Of a stretch of DNA of 64,000 nt, positions 50,425 to 59,494 are shown piece after piece. The first letter of the stretch is position 1, and each line of letters starts with the position of its first letter. The translations under genes were made by a program, and so were the position numbers. Source of the DNA: a bacterium (GTDB lineage Bacteria; UBA8248; JACPRG01; G963555815); the NCBI GenBank assembly GCA_965261595.1, contig CBDHDG010000004.1:608001-672000 (forward strand). Reading direction: 5' to 3'. Under the pieces are notes generated by a model that searched no databases, had not been told where the DNA came from, and worked only from the letters and a program-made list of their open reading frames with translations.

Positions 50425-51315
50425 TCAGCCGTAGAGCAGGTTCGCCGAGTTGATGTGGGCCATCCTCCGGATGTCGTCGGGGGGAATGCCTTCCTCCAAC
50501 AGGATCTCGAAGAGCAGGCGCAGGGCCTCGACGGGCGGCGGGTTGTGCAGTTGACCCACGTCGGAGGACAGGACCACGCGCTCCGGGCCGATCTTCCGGA
50601 TCGACTCGGCCAACTCGCTGACGGACAGCGTCCACCAGCGCGGCGAGATCTCCATGAAGGTGTAGTTGAGCATCGCCCCCGCCCCCGCCAGCTCCTCGTG
50701 AAGGGCGAAGGGAAGCTTCGACCAGAAGGGGTGATCGGCCACAACCTTCTGGACGCCTTTCTCTTTCGCGAGGCCGACGAGGATCCGGATCTCCTCCCCC
50801 GACAGGTGGCCGCAGCTCAGGATCACGTTCGCCTCGGCGATGAGATCCAGGATGTCGTGAACCTCGGGAAGGACTTTTCCCGCCTCGTCGAGGATCTGGA
50901 TGGGCCGGTAGTTCTCGTAAAGGCGGGAGGCCCGCTTCCCGTCCGCCGTCGCGATGCCCTTGTAGCCCCCGACCTGGCCCGTGATTTCGACATGATGGGC
51001 CGCGTCCACGGTCGGCATGAAGATCTTCTTGGCCCCGTAACGGATGGCGGTATCCACCGCCCAGGGATTCAACCCGCCCACCGGATAGTTCAGATTCAGG
51101 CTGCCGAAGACGTCGATCCCGCTGACGACCCGGGCGACGAGGGGCATCCGGTCCGCCGTGCCCTGGTGATGGCACTTCATCAAAACGGCCCGCATCCCCG
51201 CGTCACGGGCCTGCTTGGCGATGTCGATGTGGTCGTAAAGGCGTACAAACACGTCGGGCGACGAATGAATATGAATGTCGCAAGCCCCTTGAAGCAACTC
51301 GAGATCCTGCCGCAT
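50425..51315 (-). CDS. Metal-dependent TIM-barrel hydrolase (DUF6282-like)
   Basis: DIHIHSSPD, MKCH, FMPT, CGH, DHP, SSDVGQ. Confidence 0.8.
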   Translation of the reverse strand: MRQDLELLQGACDIHIHSSPDVFVRLYDHIDIAKQARDAGMRAVLMKCHHQGTADRMPLVARVVSGIDVFGSLNLNYPVGGLNPWAVDTAIRYGAKKIFMPTVDAAHHVEITGQVGGYKGIATADGKRASRLYENYRPIQILDEAGKVLPEVHDILDLIAEANVILSCGHLSGEEIRILVGLAKEKGVQKVVADHPFWSKLPFALHEELAGAGAMLNYTFMEISPRWWTLSVSELAESIRKIGPERVVLSSDVGQLHNPPPVEALRLLFEILLEEGIPPDDIRRMAHINSANLLYG

Positions 51316-51344
51316 GACCTCTCTCCTTTCCGATCCTTCGGCCT

Positions 51345-52973
51345 TCAGCTCAGGCCGTCCAGGTGCTCTTCCAAATCGTGCGGTCTCCACCAGGGCCGGA
51401 TGTCCAGGTCCTCGGCGATGACCTTCGCCGCGTTGTAACCCGGGCCGCCGGTGATGTTTCCTCCGGGATGGCAGCAGCCCCCGCAGAGATACAGCCCCCC
51501 GACGGGCGTCCGGTAGCCGGAAAGCTCGGGGATGGGCCGCCGGTCATAGAACTGCCCGTCCGACAGGTGGCCTTCGAGCTGGTCCCCGCGCACCATGGTG
51601 GCGATATGCGCCTCGATGTCCAGGGGGGTCTGGCAGAACCGGTTGACGATGACACCGGGCTTTCTGAGGTTCGGCGCGTACTCCGCCCACCGGTCGTGCA
51701 GGGCGTCCAGAAGCTCGTCCTGGATCTCCCGCCACCGGCGCGGCCCCCCATCCGCCAAGTCGTACGGGGCCATCTGCCACATGAAGGCCGTGTGCTTGCC
51801 GGGCGGGGCCTGGCTCGGGTCGAACACCGTGGGTGTCGTCCCGTTGAAAAAGAGCTTCCTGGGAATGCGCCCCTCCTCGTGGGCCCGGTGAAACTCGAAC
51901 ATGTCCTCGCGGGAATCCATCCCCACCAGCGTGAGGAGGATCCGGCCGGCGTCCGGCTCGCGCACCTCCGCCGTGTAGACCGGCCTCTCGTTCAACGCCA
52001 GATGGATGGAGAAGATCGGACCGACCGGCCCGTAGCGGAAGCCCCGGGTCTTTTCGGCCAGGACGGGATCGACCCGTCCCGGCTCGATGAGGTCGACAAA
52101 GGTCTGGGCGGGCCCCGTGCCGGCCGCGACGAACCGCCGGGCGAGTATCGTCCGGCCGCTCCGCAGGACCACGCCTTTCGCCCGGCCGTTCTCGACCAGG
52201 ATGCGCGAAACCTCCCGGCCCTCGACCATGTCCGCGCCGGCGGAAAGCGCGCTGGCGTCCAGGGCGTGGGCCAGGCGGTGAGATGTCCCCCGCGCCATCT
52301 GGGGATTCACGCCGGTGGCGATCATGTGGGGGATCATCCAGCCCAGGCGCTTGGAGAAGCTGTGGTAGCCGCGCAGGTCGGCGAGGAAGAGCAGGAAGCC
52401 CCGGATCGCTTCGTTTTCGAACAACTCGCAGACGACCTCATCGGGAGACTTGTCGGCGAACTGGAGGAACTCCTCCCCGGACCGCGTTCCGCGCACGCGG
52501 GATTTCAAGTTCTCCCAGCCGATGGGGGGAGCGTACGTCATCGGCTCCGTCACGTCCCGAACAACAGGCCGCCAGCGGTGATGGACCTCCTCCCAGGTCC
52601 GGGCGTCCCGGGGCGAGACCTCCCCGATGGAGCGCAGCGTCTTCTCGAGGTCCGCATACAGCAGGACGCACCGCCCGCCCGCCATCAACATCCCGCAGCC
52701 GACCTCCGCCCGGATATATTCGACGTCGAATTCGCCGACCGCCAGGTCCTTCCACCAGGGGAGGTTCATGAGGTTGCGGTGAAAGAAGGAGTGCATGTTG
52801 TGCATGAACCCCGGATGCCGCGGGTCCACGTGCGTGTCGAGGCCGCCGCCCTGCTCCAGGTAGCGCTCGAGGACGACGACATCCAATCCCGCCCGGGCCA
52901 TGTAGCCCGCCAGAATCAGCCCGTTGTGTCCCGCGCCGATGATGATCCCGTCGTATTCGGTCTGAAGGGCCAA
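51345..52973 (-). CDS. Phytoene desaturase-like FAD-dependent oxidoreductase
   Basis: IIGAGHNGL, APPGKH, YRTPVGGLYLCG..HPGG..TG.PGYNAA. Confidence 0.9.
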   Translation of the reverse strand: MALQTEYDGIIIGAGHNGLILAGYMARAGLDVVVLERYLEQGGGLDTHVDPRHPGFMHNMHSFFHRNLMNLPWWKDLAVGEFDVEYIRAEVGCGMLMAGGRCVLLYADLEKTLRSIGEVSPRDARTWEEVHHRWRPVVRDVTEPMTYAPPIGWENLKSRVRGTRSGEEFLQFADKSPDEVVCELFENEAIRGFLLFLADLRGYHSFSKRLGWMIPHMIATGVNPQMARGTSHRLAHALDASALSAGADMVEGREVSRILVENGRAKGVVLRSGRTILARRFVAAGTGPAQTFVDLIEPGRVDPVLAEKTRGFRYGPVGPIFSIHLALNERPVYTAEVREPDAGRILLTLVGMDSREDMFEFHRAHEEGRIPRKLFFNGTTPTVFDPSQAPPGKHTAFMWQMAPYDLADGGPRRWREIQDELLDALHDRWAEYAPNLRKPGVIVNRFCQTPLDIEAHIATMVRGDQLEGHLSDGQFYDRRPIPELSGYRTPVGGLYLCGGCCHPGGNITGGPGYNAAKVIAEDLDIRPWWRPHDLEEHLDGLS

Positions 52974-53324
52974 CGTTTGATTTCCTCTCCACAACCGGCC
53001 GGCGAGGCTTGCGCGCGGACTGAAGCAGCGAAACCCGGCGATAAGCCGGGGCCTCGAGAAAACGAAAAAACTCCGGATTTTTCTGCCGGATCAGCGACTT
53101 CGAATCATATCAGCAATGAGCGTTCGGCGCGGCGGAGGCGAACCGAATGTTGCGGGAGGGGGCAATGGATGAATTGTTCAGCCGCCGGGAAGCGGAACCG
53201 CGCGGTGAAAGCGGGCGCGCGTATCGGGAACGGATTAGGCAGACGGATCCGCTGAAAGGTGGGCGAAGCGCTTGGCAAAGACCGCGTTGGATCTTGCCGG
53301 GATGTTGACGGCTTGCGCCGCCGT

Positions 53325-53906
53325 CTACTTCCCGAGGGCCTCCAGGACCGCGTCGGTCGAATCGACTCCATGAATCGTCCGGCCGTCGACAACGTAAGTG
53401 GGCACCCCTTCGACGCCGAGGCGCTCCCCGTTTCTTCTCAGCTCGTCCAGCTCACCGGCGTAGGTTTCGCGCTCCAGGGCGCCTGCCAGCGCCTTTCCTT
53501 CCAGACCGACCTTTTCGCCCAATTCAACCAACACACCGGGGTCCGCGATGTCCCGGTCCTCATGATAACGGGCGTGATAGACGGCGTCCCGGAAGGGTTC
53601 CATCAAGGCGTAATCGCGGGCAAAGAGGGTCGCCTGATGAGCGAGACGGGTCCGGCATTTTTTCTGGGGGAAGATGAGCGTCATCCCGTAATTCGAGGCC
53701 AACGCCTGGTGCTTCACCAGACGCTCCTCCGCCTGCTCCGGCGTCGATTCAAGGAAAGCGACCCCGACGGGCCGTCCCTCCCAGGGCGTCCAGTTCACCT
53801 TGACGCCGCCTTCTTTCTCGACCTTCGCCATTCCACCGATGGCGATATAGCAAAACGGTCACGTGTAATCGGCGAACAGCAAGATCTCCCTTCGCGCGTC
53901 GGTCAT
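53325..53906 (-). CDS. DsbA/FrnE-family thioredoxin-fold selenoprotein with UxxC motif (Sec16), 193 aa
   Basis: GGAGG RBS + MTDARREILLFADYT-[TGA 53861-53859]-PFCYIA... in frame with the tracked ORF, which contains cis-Pro GVPTY. Confidence 0.9.
53820..53858 (-). promoter_or_regulatory. Putative bacterial SECIS element
   Basis: (TGA)CC-GTTTTGCTATA-TCGCCAT-CGGTGGA-ATGGCGA-A-GGTC hairpin. Confidence 0.72.
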
Positions 53907-54086
53907 TCTTAAATCCTCCCGCGGTTTGGTCCGCTCTTTCCATATCAACGGCTTCGCGCTTGATTTTACTGCGGAAAGCGGATGGTTTTCAATGGCGAGG
54001 GCGCGCTGTTCTCTTCCTAATCCCCCGCTCTAGGGTTTTGTTGGACACTCGATTGATCCATGATTCATGGAGAAAGGGGTGTCGCG

Positions 54087-54473
54087 ATGAACGAACAAAA
54101 GCAAGAGGGGGCTTTGGCGGAGGGCGCCCGTAGGGCGAACGGAGCCAAGGCCCCAGGGCATCGCAGTGAGCGGGGTCGGTTCTCCTGCCAGCGCAAGCGG
54201 GAGGCGGTCCTGCGTCTTTTGCGGTGCGAGAGCCTGGAGACGCTCTGCCGCGAGTTGGGCACGACAGCGGCTCGGCTTTCCGCCTGGCGCGAGGCGTTCC
54301 TTCGCGGGGGCGAGGCGGCGCTCAAAGCCCGCCCGGCGGATGAGCGGGACGAGGAGAACGCCCGGCTCAAGGCCAAGGTGGGCGAACTCACGATGGAGGG
54401 CGAGGTCCTGCGGGAGAAGATCGACCGCCTGGAGGCCGGCCGCCCTTTAGCCGGCAGGAGGTGGAGGCGATGA
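54087..54473 (+). CDS. IS3 transposase OrfA
   Basis: RFSCQRKREAVLRLL HTH, LKAKVGELTM zipper. Confidence 0.88.
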   Translation: MNEQKQEGALAEGARRANGAKAPGHRSERGRFSCQRKREAVLRLLRCESLETLCRELGTTAARLSAWREAFLRGGEAALKARPADERDEENARLKAKVGELTMEGEVLREKIDRLEAGRPLAGRRWRR

Positions 54474-55378
54474 GTCAGGCCCGCTTCACCTCCACGGGCA
54501 GAGCCTACGGCCTGAAGCGGGTGTGCGCCCTTTGGGGCTTGGCGCGCTCCACGGTCTACGCGCAACGGCGGCGAGAGGCGGTCCCCGTTCATGAACGCCC
54601 CACGCCCAATAAGCGCGGCCCTGTGGGCCCGTGCACCGATGCGGAACTCCTCGGTCACATCCGGCAGGTCCTGGAGGACTCTCCCTTCCATGGCGAGGGC
54701 TACCGCAAGGTGTGGGCGAGGCTGCGCTTCGCGGGCATCCGCACCAGCAAGGAGCGGGTGCGTCGCCTGATGCGGGAGGCGGGGCTTCAGGCCCCCCACC
54801 GGGTGGGCAAACCCCGAGGTCCCAAGGCCCACAACGGGACCATCCGCACCGAGCGGCCCGACCGAATGTGGGGCACGGACATGACGACGACGGTGACCAC
54901 CGAGGAGGGGATGGCCTCGGTGTTCGTGGCGGTGGATCACTGTTCGGTGGACTGCGTGGGGATCCATGCGGCCAAGAGCGGCAACCGCTTCGAGGCCCTG
55001 GAGCCGATCCGGCAGGGGGTCGCCGAGCGCTTCGCCGGCTTGGAGGCGGACGTCGCCGAGGGGCTTAAAGTTCGTCACGACCACGGCCCCGCCTATCTGT
55101 CCGATGACTTTCAGCGGGAGATCGCCTACCTGGGCATGACCAGTTCGCCCAGCTTCGTGCGGGCGCCCGAGGGAAATGGCTACTGTGAGTGGTTCATCCG
55201 CATCTTGAAGGAGAATCTCCTGTGGGTGCGCTCTTTCGCCACCGTAGAGGAACTGCGGTGGGCGCTGCTTGAGTTCAAGAACCTGTACAACCATCATTGG
55301 ATTCTCGAGGGCTACGGCTACCGAACGCCGGCCCAGGCAAGGCAGGAAAAACTCGCTCAAGTTGCGGAGGCCGCATGA
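54470..55378 (+). CDS. IS3 transposase OrfB (rve integrase core)
   Basis: GYRKVW, WGTDMT, RHDHG, GNGYCE..LKE; ATGA overlap with orfA. Confidence 0.92.
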   Translation: MSQARFTSTGRAYGLKRVCALWGLARSTVYAQRRREAVPVHERPTPNKRGPVGPCTDAELLGHIRQVLEDSPFHGEGYRKVWARLRFAGIRTSKERVRRLMREAGLQAPHRVGKPRGPKAHNGTIRTERPDRMWGTDMTTTVTTEEGMASVFVAVDHCSVDCVGIHAAKSGNRFEALEPIRQGVAERFAGLEADVAEGLKVRHDHGPAYLSDDFQREIAYLGMTSSPSFVRAPEGNGYCEWFIRILKENLLWVRSFATVEELRWALLEFKNLYNHHWILEGYGYRTPAQARQEKLAQVAEAA

Positions 55379-55671
55379 GGTCGAATACCCTCACCCGAGT
55401 GTCCAATAACCCAGGGGCGGTCCACTAAGGTCCACAGCGATGGGGTTTTTTGCAAATGAAAAAGGAGCGCAGGATCTCACTTTCTTGATGTATTTAAGGT
55501 TGCCACCATGAGGGATCAGTCGTTAGAACGGCGGACGATATTTCGTCAGTCAGGACGAGCCGTTGAAACCCCATTCGACCGGATGGGGCGAGGGTGAAGT
55601 TTGAGTTTGTGAATCCTCTCCGCCCTTAGGGAGAGGATTCGGTTGGGGGTGGATCGGAATTTCCGAATAGG

Positions 55672-55707
55672 AGGGACCAGCAATGAAGAAGGGACCAGCA
55701 ATGAAGA
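55672..55707 (+). repeat. 18-bp perfect tandem duplication spanning a start codon
   Basis: (AGGGACCAGCAATGAAGA)2. Confidence 0.9.
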
Positions 55708-56699
55708 AAGGGTTGTCAATCGCGATCATGAGCGCGGGGCTGATGATTTGGGCGTGGGGTGGATCCGCCGCGGCCCAGAAAAAAGCCGTCTGGCTCCTGG
55801 ACTGGGTTTATTACAGCGAGCACGTTCCGTTCTTTGCGGCGAAAGACTTTGGTTTCCTGAAGAAAGAAGGTCTGGATTTGGAGATCAAGCGTGGCTTCGG
55901 ATCCGGTGATACGATCAAACGCATCGGGAATAAGGTGGCGCCCTTTGGCCTCGCCGACTCGGGTTCGATGATCATCGCACGTTCCCGCGGGGTGTTGGTG
56001 AAGCAAGTCGCGATGTACTACGCGAAGAGCCCGATGGTCCTGTGGTATCTGAAAGAGAAGGGATACAAGACCCCCCGGGACATCATGGGGAAGCGTATCG
56101 GAGGGCCGCAGGGCGACTCGGTCAAGAGGGTCTTCCCCGCCTTCGCAAACGCCAACGGCCTGAGCCCCAAGCAAGTGACCTGGATCACAATGGGCTATGG
56201 GGCCATCTCCCCGAGCGTTCTCACGGGAAAGATCGACTTCGCCCCCACGTACTATGACGCCTCGGTCACTTTAGACCTGAAAGCCAGGAAACTCGGCAAG
56301 GAAGGCGCGGTCTTCCGCTACAGCGAGTGGGGGGTGGACATCTACGCTAACGGCCTGATCGTCCACGACGACCTGATCAAGGAAAACCCCGGCATCGTCC
56401 GGCGGTTCGTCAAGGCGAACATCGAGGCATGGGGCCACTGTTTCATTTACGTGGAAAAGTGCATGAAGAATTTCCTGAAACGCCAGCCCACCATGAACCC
56501 GGAGTTCCTGCGTCAGCAGTACATGCGGACACGGGCGATGAACATCGACAAAGGAGTGCTCCAGCACGGCTTCGGCTACATGGACCGGGCGAAAATGGAC
56601 CGCACTATCGACATCATGACCAAGCACACGCCGCTCAAGGTCCGTGTGAAAACGGAAGACGTCTATACGAACAAATTTCTCCCGCAATTGGCGAAATGA
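55683..56699 (+). CDS. ABC transporter substrate-binding protein, NMT1/THI5-like
   Basis: Signal peptide, LDW, GFLKKEGLDLEIKRGFGSG, Y.NGLI, VYTNKFL. Confidence 0.88.
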   Translation: MKKGPAMKKGLSIAIMSAGLMIWAWGGSAAAQKKAVWLLDWVYYSEHVPFFAAKDFGFLKKEGLDLEIKRGFGSGDTIKRIGNKVAPFGLADSGSMIIARSRGVLVKQVAMYYAKSPMVLWYLKEKGYKTPRDIMGKRIGGPQGDSVKRVFPAFANANGLSPKQVTWITMGYGAISPSVLTGKIDFAPTYYDASVTLDLKARKLGKEGAVFRYSEWGVDIYANGLIVHDDLIKENPGIVRRFVKANIEAWGHCFIYVEKCMKNFLKRQPTMNPEFLRQQYMRTRAMNIDKGVLQHGFGYMDRAKMDRTIDIMTKHTPLKVRVKTEDVYTNKFLPQLAK

Positions 56700-57189
56700 C
56701 AAAGAATCCGGCCTCGGTCGAAGTGTTCGAGAATGGGATGAGTTGAAAGCCGAAGACACTTCGGCCGGTATCGGACCCGATCGGGATTCAGAAGGAGGCT
56801 CGGGCAGGGAGCCAATGCGACGGCACGACCTTGAAAGGCCGTCCAGCACGGTGCCACGGGGGGCGAATGGCTTGCGGCGTCGGACCCCGGAGAGTCGTCC
56901 GGGAACTTGCTTCGCCTCGGACGTCATCGTTGAGCCCCCGATCGCCGATCGGGCGGTTTGGACGGGAGAGAAAGGAGGCCAAAACCGCCGCTGGGGAGGA
57001 GGCATTTCAAAAGGTCCAAAAGGATGCCGAAAACACCTTGGGCGGCTTGGCATCCGCGCGAAATCCCGTTCGCCCGTTCATTGAGCAGAAGAATATTCAT
57101 CGGTGGAGGAATGCTGAGCTCTTGGCATTCCCGGCTGACGAGATCTTTTTTGAAGGAGGTCAACCGGGGTATCCACGAAGGAGCATGGA

Positions 57190-58587
57190 ATGGCCGAGGC
57201 AGTCGACATCCTCATTGAGAAGGGGACCATACTCACCCTGGACCCCGAAAGGCGGATCCTCACCGACGGGGCCATTGCCATCCGCGGAGACCGAATTGCC
57301 GCCATCGGCAAGACGGCTGAGATCAAGAAAGGCTTCGAGGGCAGGAAGACCATCGACGCCTCCTCCCGCCTGGTCATGCCCGGACTGGTGGACGGCCACT
57401 CCCACCTCATCGAGATCGCCCGCGGCCTGATCCCCGACACCCTGAAAACCAGCGATTGGCTCAAGTTCTGGTGCTATCCCTACCTCGCCGCCATCACGGA
57501 GGAGGACGAGTACTGGTATTCGAAGTGCCTCATCGCCGAGATGATCCGATCCGGCACCACCTGTTTCGCCGAGCCGGGCTGCAAGTTCCTTCCCACGACG
57601 CTGAAGGCGATCGAAGAAAGCGGCATCCGCGCCACGACGGGGAGCTGGGTTTGGGATCACGCCGGTCCGGATGGACACAAGTGCCCCGATTATTTCCTCA
57701 AGATGAGCCTCAAAGAGGCCCTCGACCTCACCGATCACAACCTCAAGACCTACCAGGGCGCAGCCGACGGCCGGGTGAAGGTATTCGCCACCATCGAAGG
57801 CGTGGGCACCTGCTCTGACGACCTGATGCTGGGCGCAAAGGAGCTGGCCGACCGCTACGACACGTTCACGCTGATGCACAAGGCGAGCTCGCGGGAAGAG
57901 GTCGAAAGCGAAGTCAAGGCCACCGGCGACAGGCCGGTCGAACACATGTACAAAATCGGCGTTTTGGGCCCCAACGTCTACCTCAACCACATGACGGCCG
58001 TGGAGTCGTTCGAGGTGGACATGCTGGCCGAGACGGACACCAAAGTCTGCCAGAATCCGCCCGCCGCGCTCAAGCTCGCCAAGGGAACCACCCGAATGGG
58101 GAAATTCCTGGAGATGAAGGCCAAGGGGGTGAACGTGGCGCTGGGTTGCGACGGCGTCAACTCGGCCGATCACAAAGACATGTTCCGGGCCATGTACCTG
58201 GCCGCGACGCTTCCAAAGGACGCACGGGTGGACCCGGAGGTCATCACGGCGGAGGATGTGATCGAGATGGCCACGCTGAACGGCCACCGGGCCATCGGCT
58301 GGGAAAAGGAGCTGGGCTCCTTGGAGCCGGGCAGGAAGGCCGACCTCATCCTGATCGACATCGACCGCCCCGAATGGGTGCCGACCTATAACTGGGTCTA
58401 CAGCCTGGTCTATACCGCCAGCGGAGACAGCGTGGACACGACGATTGTGGACGGCCGGATCCTCATGGAAAACCGGGAGCTCAAGACCCTCGACCTGGAT
58501 GAGGTCTGCGTCAAATGCCGGGAGCTGGCCCCGAAGCTCATCGAGCGGGCGAACGTCAAACCGAAATCGCGCTGGCCCATCGTCTGA
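57190..58587 (+). CDS. Amidohydrolase (MTA/SAH deaminase, TRZ/ATZ-like)
   Basis: PGLVDGHSH, SGTT, ALGCDG, MATLNG, GSLEPGRKAD. Confidence 0.9.
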   Translation: MAEAVDILIEKGTILTLDPERRILTDGAIAIRGDRIAAIGKTAEIKKGFEGRKTIDASSRLVMPGLVDGHSHLIEIARGLIPDTLKTSDWLKFWCYPYLAAITEEDEYWYSKCLIAEMIRSGTTCFAEPGCKFLPTTLKAIEESGIRATTGSWVWDHAGPDGHKCPDYFLKMSLKEALDLTDHNLKTYQGAADGRVKVFATIEGVGTCSDDLMLGAKELADRYDTFTLMHKASSREEVESEVKATGDRPVEHMYKIGVLGPNVYLNHMTAVESFEVDMLAETDTKVCQNPPAALKLAKGTTRMGKFLEMKAKGVNVALGCDGVNSADHKDMFRAMYLAATLPKDARVDPEVITAEDVIEMATLNGHRAIGWEKELGSLEPGRKADLILIDIDRPEWVPTYNWVYSLVYTASGDSVDTTIVDGRILMENRELKTLDLDEVCVKCRELAPKLIERANVKPKSRWPIV

Positions 58588-58691
58588 CCGGCGGGGCGAG
58601 GGTGGAAATAGGGGGGGGAGCGGACCCATGATCTCCTGTCTCCCTTCGGGAAAAGGCCCGGAAGGCTCACCGTTTTGGGAGGAGTGAATTC

Positions 58692-59448
58692 ATGCGGATG
58701 CTCGACCTCAGCATCACCTTGGAAAGCGACCCCAGCCCTCTCATGAACGTGGAAATCAAGTGCCTCGACCACAAGCACGGAACCGAGGAATACAACAAGA
58801 TGGGGATCAAGACGGAAGATCTCCCGCTCGGCCTGACGTACGCGGACGACGAAGTGGAAAGCACGACCCACGGCGGGACCCATATGGACTCCCCCTGGCA
58901 TTTTCACCCCACCTGCGCGGGAAAACCCGCCCGGACCATCGACGAGATCCCGATCGACTGGTGCTTCGGGGAGGGGATCTGCCTGGATTTCCATGACCGC
59001 CCGAACGGGATGCGCCTGGAGATCGAAGACATCCGGAACAAGCTGAACGAGGCGGGCGTGACGCTGAAGCCGGGCAACATCGTCTTGTTCTACACCGGCG
59101 CGATGCACGCCTGGGAGAGAGAGGATTTCTGGGAAACGGGTTGCGGGCCCGGCCGGGACGCCACGCTCTGGATGATCGACCAGGGAATCCACGTGATGGG
59201 CACGGACGCCTGGAGCTTTGACCGCCCGTACAAGTACTGGCATCGCCGATTACAAAGAAACGGGCGACAAGTCCCTCATCTGGGAGGCCCATCTGGCCGG
59301 GATCGAGAAGGAATATTGCCACCTGGAGAAACTGACCAATCTCGACCAGCTCCCGCCCTCGGGCTTCAAAGTGGCCTGTTTTCCCATCAAGATCAAAAAG
59401 GCAAGCGCGGGGTTTGTGCGGGTCGTGGCCATGTTCGAGGACGAATAG
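58692..59448 (+). CDS. Cyclase family protein, frameshifted near 59241
   Basis: THGGTHMDSPWH; C-terminus LIWEAH..EYCHLEKL..FPIKIKKASAGFVRVVA lies in the +1 frame. Confidence 0.85.
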
Positions 59449-59494
59449 GCCGCGATCCCCGCAAGTTGCGCGCCGCGTGGAGGTCGGTTCGCAG

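Larger units (their letters stand above)
54021..55424 (+). mobile_element. IS3-family insertion sequence, 1404 bp
   Basis: Imperfect IRs sharing TTGGACACTCG; 4-bp target duplication CTAA (54017-54020, 55425-55428). Confidence 0.92.
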
